Of a stretch of DNA of 64,000 nt, positions 14,263 to 25,364 are shown piece after piece. Under the pieces are notes generated by a model. That model was not told where the DNA came from and did no database searches. It saw only the letters and a program-made list of their open reading frames with translations. How positions within the stretch are numbered: the first letter of the stretch is position 1; every line of letters starts with the position of its first letter. This DNA comes from Mytilus trossulus (Eukaryota): NCBI RefSeq assembly GCF_036588685.1, contig NC_086379.1, positions 76,694,001 through 76,758,000 of the forward strand. The letters run 5' to 3'. A program made the translations under genes and the position numbers.

Positions 14263-14829
14263 AACAAATTAAGTATCTTTACACAAATGATAAGAAAATA
14301 ACTATTTATTTCCATAATTTTTAATTGTAATATTCATTTTCATCTGAATGCAAGTGCTTACCATGGATAACATACTTTGCAGAGAGCAATGCTGATTCAA
14401 TAAAGGCACAGTATATTTACCAGGTTCATTTAAAAGAATTGATGCATTGTGAGAAAATTAGCTAACATCAAAGCAGTATTGAATTCCATGCAATATGTAA
14501 ACTATGGAAAAAGTGTAACAAAAATACTCCAAGTCAAATTGAGAAGGAGAAGTTAATAAAAACTAACAAAATCAAACACTATCAATTTTTAAAACAAGGA
14601 AGTGAAAAACAACTTCCATATATCTCACTTGTAACAGGCATTTTCTGAAGAATGGGCTAGTGAAACCTGGTTTTATAGCTAGCTAAATCGTAGGAATAGC
14701 CTAAAATTTTATAAGCTTTAAGATCAGAAGCATTTTTGCTATAACATTGTTAATCAGATTGATAGTGTCAGTTGTGAATGCATGTCTTTCAACATACAGT
14801 ACATTGGTCGAACTAAGGCATTGGTAGAT

Positions 14830-14956
14830 TAGTTGTTGTGTTTTATGTCTGGTGTTGTATTGCCGAATGTGCTGGCTATTAAGTAAAGGCACAAAGTATT
14901 CCTCGGCTTGGCATACTATAATTTTGTGTCTATCCTCCAATAAATTACGCTCAGTT
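14830..14956 (-). pseudogene. Orphan, decayed copy of the last exon of the small secreted-protein gene
   Basis: CQAEEYFVPLLNSQHIRQYN here versus CQAGEYSGPLFNNQCRRQDN at 25365-25511. The acceptor AG is retained but is followed by AAC TGA and a deletion. I saw no copies of exons 1-2. Confidence 0.75.
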
Positions 14957-15261
14957 CTGGGAATACGAAAAACCCACCCATACATACACACACACGACAT
15001 TTAAACTTGTCTGTCTCATTTAAGGTAGGACCCTTTATCCAGTTGTTGTAGTAGTATTCTGTCTGGGTTTTCCCCTTCATTGTAGTAGCAATCATCTGTT
15101 CGATTGTCTTCTTATTTAACTTGTTTCTCATTGCTTCTTTCATGGGCCTTTTATGCTGTAAATGTTTAGTTCATTGTCGAAGGTCATACGGCCCTGCAGC
15201 AAATCAAATGGGATATAGGCAACATAAGATAAGTTTTTTTTAAACCATACATTTCTTTGTT

Positions 15262-15460
15262 TTAAAAAAATAAGGATTGAGGGGTAAAGCATTTCTTATA
15301 CCTTTTGTTTTTGGGCAAGAGCCTTAAAATATGAGAAGGTAAACAATTATCAAAATCTCTTAGTTTTTTGTGTATTTTACATTCAAGGAGGAAGTGATTT
15401 TCATCCTCCAGCAATTGTTTTTTTCTTATTCTTATTCTATTTCTAGATCTACACATCTTA
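15262..15460 (-). mobile_element. Short decayed non-LTR retrotransposon 3' fragment
   Basis: EDENHFLLEC resembles the EDETHFRFNC zinc-knuckle motif of the element at 19671-21387. Confidence 0.5.
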
Positions 15461-15879
15461 TCTATTAGCTTTTAGACATTGCTATTTATTTATGTAGGAG
15501 ATTCACATTGCATTTCTTTTGTTAATCAGGACGTTATTGGCGATATTGGTGACGTTTTGGTTATTTTGAAATAACCAAAGATTTTTTTTACCTATTTTCT
15601 ATAAATTTCTAACTTTTGGACAATGACGTTGAAAATTTCAATGAAGAAAATATCTGCATAATAGGTAAATTTGAAGACAGGAATTTCGTTTCCACACATC
15701 ATTAAAACCTTTTTAAGTTATAAACTTCTATGTCGTTTGGTCTCTGAAAGAGAGTTGTCTCATTTGTAATCATATTAAACACATACTAGTAAAGCATATG
15801 GCGGGATTAAACTTTTACATCAGTCCTCAACCCTCCAATAATCAGGAGCAGACGGAGTTTAGTAAATAGTTAACAAAGA

Positions 15880-16335
15880 AAACAGGCTTATAATTTGATA
15901 CGCCAGACGCGCGTTTCGTCTACATGAGACTCATCAGTGACGCTCAGATAAAAAAAATAGTAGACCCAAACAAGTACAAAGTTGAAGAGCATTGAGGAAT
16001 CAAAACTCTAAAAAGTTGTGCCAAATACGGCTTAGGAAATATATGCCTGGGATAAGAAAATCACCGAAGTGCTGACAACTGGACCGGTGATACCCTCGGG
16101 GAACGAAACGTCCACCAGCACTGGTATTGACCCAGTGGTGAAAATAGATATCATAGGTACAAGGCTGATAATTTAAAACTCCAAACGCGCTTTTGATCTA
16201 CTTAAAACTCATCAGTAACGCTTATATCAAAATAGTTATGAAGCCAAACAAGTACAAAGTTGAAAATCAGTGAGGACCTAAAATTCCAACTTGAAGAAGT
16301 TGTGCGAAATACGGCTAAGGTAAGTTATGCCTGTA
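15880..16335 (-). mobile_element. Non-LTR retrozyme-like tandem repeat (about 278-bp period) with type I hammerhead motifs
   Basis: Two tandem units start at about 15882 and 16160. The first hammerhead is intact; the second has a mutated GAAA and cleavage triplet. Confidence 0.8.
15900..15943 (-). ncRNA. Minimal type I hammerhead ribozyme
   Basis: Minus strand reads GCGTCA-CTGATGA-GTCT(CATGT)AGAC-GAA-AC(GCGC)GT-C-TGGCGT. It has the full catalytic core, stems I, II and III, a GUC cleavage triplet and a palindromic GCGC loop 3. Confidence 0.9.
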
Positions 16336-18042
16336 CATGTGACGGTTGTGTTCCGATGTTAGAATCTCTTAAATTCAGTTACGAAGCTTTCAAATAAAAC
16401 CTGATAGACAATAACAACTAAGAAACCGGATGGAATGGGCTTTTATACATTTTTGTTCGGATGGAGAGTTGTCTCATTGACACTCATACCACATCTTCCT
16501 ATATCTTTTGACTCATTAGATTGGAAAGAAAAATGATTATTAAAAAACGAAAGACACATAATATCGATGAATACTTGCAGTTTCTGAATCTCATAACAAC
16601 TTTATAAATAAATCATGTTTTCGAAGAAAGTCTCTATAAAATCAACCAGTACACGTCCAAAGAATTTAATGTAAAGACGTCAATATCATTATCCGTCTCA
16701 GATAAAGAATGGCTTTCGTGAACAAGCATACATACTGTTTTTCTCCATACATTTTAAATCTTAAACATTTAAATTATCTCACTCAATTGCGTGACAATAC
16801 AACAAGTGATTTCAAAGTAAATAGGGATCACCGCTTCTGCTTTTAACTTTTTCTTGTCATAAATGGGAAGTTTGGCATGCCCTAAAACCAGGTTCATTTT
16901 TTCTGTAAATGTCCTGTATCAAGTCAGGAATATGGCAGTTATTATCATATAGTTTGTTTCTATTTGTGTTGACTTTTGTTTCTAATGTTCCTTTGCTTTT
17001 CTCGTATAGTTGAAGTGTTTCTCACGGTTTTGGTATGTAAGGGATGATATAGGTTCAATGTAGGAATAAAAAAAACCTTGATTGATCAATATGGATATAT
17101 AATTACAATTAGGTCAATGTGAACACAGCCTTTTACATGTGTGGATTAGAATCTGCTTACCTTTCCGGAGCACCTGAGATCACCCCTAGTTTTTGGTGGG
17201 GTTCGTGTTGTTTATTCTTTAGTTTTCTATGTTGTGTCATGTGTACTATTGTTTGTCTGTTTGTCTTTTTCATTTTAGCCATTGCGTTGTCAGTTTATTT
17301 TCGATTTATGAGTTTGACTGCTCCTCTTGAATCTTTCGTCCCTCTTTTATATTGTCATTTTAATGTTAAAATTAACATTGCTTTTAAAGTGTGAGGTTTT
17401 ACATGCTACAAAACCAGATTCAATCCACCATTTTTATCTTAAAATGCCCTGTACCAAATTAGGGAAATGGTCATTCTTATATTATAGTTCGTTTCTGTGT
17501 GTGTTACATTTTAATGTTGTGTTTCGGTTGTGTCGTAGTTCTCTTATATTTGATGCGTTTCCCTCAGTTTTTGTTTGTAACTCGGATTTGTTTTCTTCTA
17601 TAGATTTATGAATTTCGAACAGCGGTATACTACTGTTGCCTTTATTTAGTGTATTTTATTGGTAGTGTACTTTACTTCATTTTAGAAGGTGAACGATTTA
17701 AAAAAAAATTTAATTGCCTCCTTGTAATAGTAAATGAGAATGTTTAATAAGTTAAAAGATTTTTCCGGCACTGGAAACACTTAGTCATGTATATATACTT
17801 AATTTAGTCCTGGTATCTATAATGAGTTTATTTAGTCATGTAAAGCGAATCACATTTCTACTTTGCATAACTATGCAAAAGAGGCGAAAACTACAAGAGA
17901 TGATATCCTTCCTGTATGTATAATATGTATGGAACCGAACAGTTTAATCTGAATTAAGTGTATATGTTTATAGGATATGTAATGATTGTTTATAGTATGT
18001 AATGAATGTAAAAGCTACATAACGTGTATACTAGAAACAAAG

Positions 18043-21000
18043 ATGGACAAACTTTTGCTTTTAGTAATTGTGTCCATTTTAGTCATTAATATTAACTGTA
18101 TTCAAGTGTTGTTAGTTTCTATGGATGGCTTCAGATGGGATTATTTGACGAAAGTGTCCACTCCAAACTTTGATCGCCTTGCTCGACATGGAACTAAAGC
18201 CAAATACATTAATAATACCTTTATAACGAAGACATTCCCTAGCCATTATTCTATAGTTACAGGTATGTTATATTGAGAACAATCTTTGCTTTTTCAAAGG
18301 ATTATTTTGGAAAAACTGGGCTAGAAGGTAAGTCATCGAACTTTCATCAATTGTGTACATGGATTTTTTTTTTGGTAAATTGAATTATTAAATCCTTAAT
18401 TAATCAAAAAGAGTTTCAGAAGTAAAATTTGTAAAATTTGTGTTTGTGTGGATAATATTTGAGAGAACTGAAACAACACTAATATCATTCAAAGACGTGT
18501 TTTTTTATGGTATTTAAAAGATAAGTTTGTTTTTCTAATTAGGTTGATATTTGTTTAGAAGACTGTTTAAGATAATAGATCGCATGGGGTATAGTTGGGA
18601 GATTGATTTTTTTTCCATTTTTTATTTTTTTCAATTTATGTTTCAGTCTTTATATGATCATACACGCCATGCAGGAAACAAGCCAACTGCATGTTGAAAA
18701 CATAAAATGTATACTAGGGTACGCTTCTATAATAAAAATAATTCTATACTGGACTATTAATTTACGTTTTTTGATTGAGTTAGGTCTGCTCATTGATATT
18801 TTATCGTGTGTTTTTCTATGATGTGATGTCATGCTATTGTTTCAGAAAAAGGGAAAAGGTTTGGGTCCATTAAAACGTTTAATCCCGCTGCAAATGTTTG
18901 CACCTGTCCTAAGTAAGGAATCTGATGTACAGTAGTTCGTCTTTTGTTTATGTAATTTATACGTGTTTCTCGTTTCTCGTTTTTTTTATTTAGATTAGAC
19001 CGTTGATTTTCCCGTTTGAATGGGTTTACACAAGTAATTTTGGGGCCCTTCATAGCTTGTTGTTCGGTGTGATCCAAGGCTCCGTGTTGAATGCCGTACA
19101 TTGACCTATAATGGTTTACTTTTTTAAAATTGTTATTTGGATGGAGAGTTGTCTCATTGGCACTCACACCACATCTTCCTATATCTATATAATTGTTTAC
19201 TTTTTTAAATTGTGACTTGGATGGAGGGTTGTCTCATTGGCCTTCATACCACATCTTCCTATATCTATAACTTCTTCAGCTTTCTATCGAAGTTTTTTAA
19301 TCGCAGATTATGGCAAGTCAGCATATGTAAAGAAACACCACATAGATATTTAATACAGAAGAAATTACTGTTATTTAACAGTCCAGCTGTTTTTTTATAT
19401 ACACAAATGATTTAATATTCGCCTCAACCTAATTTTACTTGATCCGATGTTGATAGTTATGATTGAGGTGTTTATATATACGTGGGGTTGAAATGACGTA
19501 CCTGAAAAGGAGCTTCATTACTTATCAATAAAATTGAGAATGGAAATGGGGAATGTGTCAAAGAGACAACAACCCGACCAAATAAAAAACAACAGCAGAA
19601 GGTCACTAACAGGTCTTCAATGTAGCGAGAAATTCCCGCACCCTGAGGCGTCCTTCAGCTGGCCCCTATAGACATTAGACATTATTTTATTTTTCCAATC
19701 ATGGGCCCTTGTCAGGCAAGATACAAAAACATCATAATACAATGATTATATAAACATTAGTGAAATACACAATAAGTAATACACAAACAATAAATTGATA
19801 ATACGAGCAATGTAGGATATAATTATAGTAAGAGACATTGAGTGCAATGAGGCCGATTTAATATTAAAAGGATATGATATTAAGTTTATTTTAAAATACG
19901 GAAACTAAAAAATAGCAAAAATAGAACCGGGAATATAGTATCTCAATCTGCAGTAGTTCTCCTCATGACCAGTGCACAGTAGTGAGGGACTTCATCACAA
20001 CAATGCAAAGGTCATCAAGGGGGGATCCTTCAGAACTAGCTACAGATACATGAGATTACTCCAATAGTGATTCTCCTCATGACTAATGCACAATAGCAAG
20101 GGTTAACATTGCTACTGGACAATATTCATCAAGTGACGGTGCTCTAGAACTCACTATGGAGAAAATATAAAGTTCAAATTACAAGTAGTAGAGGGAAATA
20201 AATCCCATTAAAACTTTTCATATTTCTTAATGAACATGCATAATTCTGATAATAAATTCTCATCTTCATTATTCATTAACCATATCAGTTTTTGTTAAGG
20301 GTCAAGATATTGAAAATTCTTGCAGCAATTATTTATCATTGTTATCATGTCTTTCCTTTGATCTGATAAACTATCACAGTTAAAACGAAAATGTGTTTCA
20401 TCTTCGACCTCATTACTACAACATCTCTTACATATTCTATTGTGTCGGGGAGTATTACTATATCTACCTCTCTCTATAAGTAAATGGTGAGCAGATATGC
20501 GAAATCTTGTTAGACTCCGTCTATCTTCAAATTTTTTAACAATATCAAGATATTTTTCACAACCAGAATTTGCTTTTAACGTAACATATGTGCAAAGTTT
20601 TCCTTCTAAGTGAGTTTTGAGATTCTTTTCCCAATCTTTTAACATGGCAATTCTTAGTTTTCTGTTGTCAATTGGTTTAGCCATGTCTGAGGATATTTGA
20701 TAATTATTAATCAGGGAAAGAAGTTTTTTCAGATGACATATACCATGATGGTTTCTTTGACTCATACAATTTCTTTGATTCTATAAATGCATTATATAAC
20801 AATGGAAAGTTAGTGTCTGACTTTTCTAATCTGTAATAGTATTTAGTCATTGCTTTAATCATGTTAAAATATATTGGTAGTCTTCCCAACTCAGTTAATA
20901 CTGCAAAATTGGTGCTTTTTTTTGGAGCTCCAAGAATAAATTTACAGAATTTAGTATGAAGTTTTTCAGCAGGTAATTTAGAATAAATATGGTCAAATGA

Positions 21001-24000
21001 AAAAATTCCATTTCTATATTTAGACGACATAGGATTAAAGGCACCCCATATCTCACAGCTGTATAGCAAGATGGGTTTGATGGTATGATCAAAAACATGC
21101 ATGCTTGTTTTGACTGAAGGATGCAAGGATAAAAAATCTTTAGATACCTTAAAATAGGCTTTTAGAGCCTTTTTATACAATTCATCCTGGGCTACTGTAA
21201 AGGAGCCAGATGCACAAAAATGTATACCCAAATATTTATATGTTTTAACACACTCTAGTTTTACACCATTTAGCATAAAATCATATTTGTTAATCAATCT
21301 ACCTGCCTTGTTGAATATAAGAACCTTTGTTTTGTTTGTATTCACACTTAAGCACCAGTCATTGCAGTAAGTGGAGGTGTTATTCATACAAATATATACT
21401 AGTCTAGTGATAATGTCTTTTTTAGCTTATCTTTTTTTTAGCTTATTTGGTTCCGCAACTAATACTCTTCCAACCCCGATTATCAATTTTTGATTCATTA
21501 TTTTTTCATTTCACCTTATATTACGCCCGTAATTAGCAATATTCCAGAGGATTAATTTTGATTAAGGAATCAAGTTTAAGGCAAAGCACAACAAATAATT
21601 TATGTGGAAATTAGCGATCACAGTTCACTTCCAATGATGATGTCACGAAACAGAAGCTCAAACTGATACTAATTCATTTTTGAAACTTTCACATGTTTAC
21701 GTGCAAGAGCGGTTAATTTAATGTAAGGATGAAGAGTCATTTGAAGTTAAAAAGCAAGAAACAACATACGGATCCGAATGATGCAATAGTTCTTTGACGC
21801 GAAAATAACGAAATTAATCAAATCTCCTTCATTAAATTGGTTTATCTTCTTATTGACATAAACCGTATTAAATGTGAAATTTCATTCACAGGCGTTTGTC
21901 TCATTTTTCTTCTTCTTATATACCTTTATTGTATATCAAGGTATATATGATTTTTTTCTGAGACAAGTCCCGGTGCCTATTAATAAATGAACGATGAAAC
22001 ACCTTTAAAATTGTTATATATTACATCAAAAAAGATTGCAAACACATGCCTTTCATACTAATCAAAAAATGTAAACTAAATAAAAAGTCGTTTGAATTTT
22101 CCTAATGAAGCTTAGCGAGAACACTTTAATCTGTAGAGTATAGGTCTTTGTGGGTTATTGGAATTACAATGGTTATCTGTAGTTGTACTGACATTCATGT
22201 TCCTGTATTTAAGATGTTTTGAAATGTTTGAAAAAAGTAAACTAAAAAAAATACCGCATTCCAAAAAAACCTGAAAAATGAAAGTCCATAATCAAATGAC
22301 AAAACCATATGCTCAAACACTTTAATCGAATGAATAACAACTGTCATATTTTTGACTTAGTACATGCATTTTCTTAGTAGCAAATGGCTGGTTGTATAGC
22401 TAGTTAAACTTCTCACTTGTATGACAGACTTTTAGCAAAGTTCTGTGATTGAAACAATGCTATTGTTAAATTGTAGGTCTATATGAAGAAAGCCATGGGA
22501 TCATTGGGAATAAAATGTATGATCCAGTTTTCAACAGCACTTTCAACTTGAGAAATCACGAAACCAGATGGTGGAATGGAGGAGAACCATTATGGGTAAC
22601 TGCACGTCGACAAAACCTTACAAGTGCCACGTATTTCTGGGCAGGAAGTGAGGCCGAAATCAGGGGTTACAGACCAAACATTTGGATGCCGTATAAAAAA
22701 TCAGTGCCTTTCAAAAATCGTATTGATACTGTTATAAAATGGTTGACAGAAAAACAAATAGATCTTGTACTTCTATATTTCCATGAACCAGATGCCACTG
22801 GACATGCATATGGTCCCGATTCACCACAGACAAGGGACAAGGTTAAAGATATGGATGAGATTTTAGGATATCTTTTGGATAAGTTTGAGTCACTCAATCT
22901 TTGGAACAACGTGAATATGATAGTTACTAGCGATCATGGAATGACAACTATAGATACGACTAGTAAAGTAGTTGACATTACAGATCATGTGGACATGAGC
23001 AAAATACAGTTTACTGTGGACAAAGGTCCAATAATGCAAGTCCAACCTATTTTAGGACAGATAGATAATGTTGTCCGAAGTCTGCGGAAAGTTTCACATA
23101 TTTCAGTTTTCAAGAAGGAAGAAATACCAGACCACTGGCACTACAGAAACAATAGACGCATCATGCCAGTATTTCTGCTTGCCGAAGAAGGATGGTCAAT
23201 CACAAAAGTGAGTAAAACTATTGTATGGGTACATATGTCATTTACAAAAAAGCAATTAAAAAGTCATTTCCTTGAGAAAAAAAAATAGGGACTACCTGTA
23301 CTGCTTCTACATGCCACTCGGTCTCACAATGAGCTCAATATAGTATCGACTGGTAAAAAAGACACCTTAGTGGTGTTAAAGTCAATGTTATCCAGTTTTT
23401 TCATAATACGTCCTGTCCCAAGTCAAGAAAATTAAAATTGATATCTTATAGTTCGTTTCTGTGTGTGTAAAATAATAATCATAGATACCAGGATTTAATT
23501 TTGTATTAACGCCAGATGCGCGTTTTTTCTACAAAAGACTCATTAATGACGCTCGAATAAAAAAAAAGTTTAAAAGGCCAAATAAAGTTGGAAGTTGAAG
23601 AGCATTGAGGACCAAAATTCCTAAAAATTTGTAAAATAAGGCTAAGATAATGTTGCGTTGTCAGTTGTTTTTTGTTTCACGTCATTGTTTCTGTTGTTTC
23701 ATTGTTTTCCTCTTATAGTTGATGTGTTTCCCTCGGTTTAAGTTTTTAACCCTGATTTGTTTTCTCTCAATTGATTTATGACATTCGAACAGCGGTATAC
23801 TTCTGTTGACTTTATTTACCAAACAAATATTTAAGAGTAATTCCTCGATTGGATCTTAGATATGGCTTATTCTCTAACAGCAAAAAAAGTCTTACAATTA
23901 TATAAATCAAGCTTTCATACAGTATTTGATTACAATTTGAAACGTATAGAAGACAAAACGTTTATATACAGTTCATTAAAACAATATGTATTTTAATGCC

Positions 24001-24924
24001 TAAAATAGACGTGGCGCGCGACTAACGTAATAAATGTTTAACCAGGTACCTATTGTTGGCTATTAATTGTTTGTTTCTCTATCCTATATTTTCTCCCATT
24101 TATTTGTATTGTAGTCCTGTCATGTAATATAGTCATTTTAATGTTAAAATCAATATTGTCATTAAAGCGGGAGGTTTTGCATGCCACTAAACCAGGTTTA
24201 ACCTATCTTTTTTTTTTTTTTTTTTATCTTACAATGCCCTGTACCAAGTCAGGGAAATGGCCATTGTTATGTTATGGTTCGTTTCTTTGTGTGCTACATT
24301 TTAATATTGTGTTTCTGTTGTGTCATGGTTCTCTTGTATTTGATGCGTTTCCCTCAGTTTTAGCTGGTAACTCGGTTTTTTTTCTCTATAGATTTATGAA
24401 TTGCGAACAGCGGTATACTACTGCTGCCTTTATCTATAACAAATAAGATCAGTCACAAAGTATCACAACTTAGATAGTTCTTTTCTAAATTAAAGTTATA
24501 ATAATATGAATACAAAACACTATATATAGTCCTGCCTTGTTCCGGTACTGCAATCCCAGATAATATGATAATGAATGTTGCATGTTGTTTCCAATTTCAG
24601 AACAAAACATTAGCATCCTTGTATCGTGGGAGAGGCGCACATGGTTATGACAACCGTCTAAATAGTATGAAACCAATATTTCTGGCTAGAGGTCCAAATA
24701 TCAAAGAAAATTATATATCAGACACATTCAGAAGTATCGATATCTATTCAACGATCTGTCACATACTGGGAATAAAACCAGCACCAAACAATGGCAGTCT
24801 AACAGTAACTTCAAGTTTTCTTGTAGCGACGAAAGGTAGTAATGCTGCGAATGTGAACATTGTTTCATTCTTGACATTAATTTTGTGTACACTACTAAAA
24901 ATATTAGGAGCTTTTAGTTGTTAG
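18043..24924 (+). CDS. Ectonucleotide pyrophosphatase/phosphodiesterase (ENPP4/5/6/7-type), copy B, 424 aa, 3 exons
   Basis: Exons 18043-18262, 22477-23207 and 24601-24924. Intron positions and phases match copy A (exon 2 is 731 bp in both). Motifs SMDGFRWDY, TKTFPSHY, EPDATGH, SDHG and HGYDN; signal peptide and hydrophobic tail. Confidence 0.95.
18770..19270 (+). mobile_element. Interspersed retroposon-like repeat with a twister-like motif (18842-18925) and a duplicated 3' end
   Basis: GGGA-AA-AGG ... T|AA-TCCC-GCT-GCAAATGTTTGC-A-CCTG-TCCTAAGT-AAGG, closed by TCAGA/TCTGA. The 3' end GGATGGAGAGTTGTCTCATTGGCACTCA(T/C)ACCACATCTTCC is duplicated here and also occurs alone at about 3700(-), 11555, 16460 and 43760. 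Confidence 0.7.
19671..21387 (-). mobile_element. 5'-truncated, frameshifted non-LTR retrotransposon (RTE-X/Crack-like C-terminus) in ENPP-B intron 1
   Basis: RT thumb region (KTKVLIF, YKYLG, PILLYSCEIWG) followed by RFRISAHHLLIERGRY..RICKRC..VEDETHF..C. Frameshift near 20710-20760. 3' tail is AATAAA plus (AATGTCT)2. Confidence 0.85.
23478..23650 (-). mobile_element. Retrozyme-like repeat fragment with an inactivated hammerhead
   Basis: Homologous to 15880-16040. The core reads TTAATGA and AAAA instead of CTGATGA and GAAA. Confidence 0.7.
24155..24265 (+). ncRNA. Twister-ribozyme-like motif (P5-permuted), degenerate
   Basis: GA-GGT at 24171 can pair with loop ACC of CCCTG-TACCAAGT-CAGGG. 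T|AA site present. Confidence 0.55.
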
Positions 24925-25364
24925 ACAATGATTAGGAATTACCTGTTGTTTCCATATTTTACAATATTTTTTTTTGTTATCTGAACTGCGAGACATAATT
25001 ATTGCTTGCATAACTTGTATAAAGAGCAGCGTCGAAATCAAGGAACAAAATATATCTACACGGTTCCTTGAAGTCAATTCATAATTTCTAGGAAAGTCTG
25101 CAAATCTACGTTTATTGTTTGAAATACATAGCCTTTAATTTTGTAAGGTTTTTCATCAGAAGCATATTGAACGTTTGGTGTAAAACTCTATTTAAAATTC
25201 AAAAACATATTTTTTGAAACGTATGAGTTTTGGTTAAATTCAATATCGTTTGTATAAACATTTAATATATTTAAAGTAAAACGAGGACTACATAAAGATA
25301 GATTGTTAGAAAATTTCACATTGTCAGTTGTGTATATTTCTACGTATATAGTAAACTGATGGAT

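Noticed and set aside
17119-17611. Hydrophobic Cys/Phe-rich short ORFs (also at 9795, 13332, 24141, 27045 and 31279)
   Set aside because: They coincide with T-rich interspersed repeats, and similar pseudo-peptides recur wherever the repeat occurs.
17986-18042. N-terminal extension of ENPP-B in the ORF track
   Set aside because: It starts at a TTG. The ATG at 18043 has the same GAAACAAAG-ATG context as copy A and directly begins the signal peptide.
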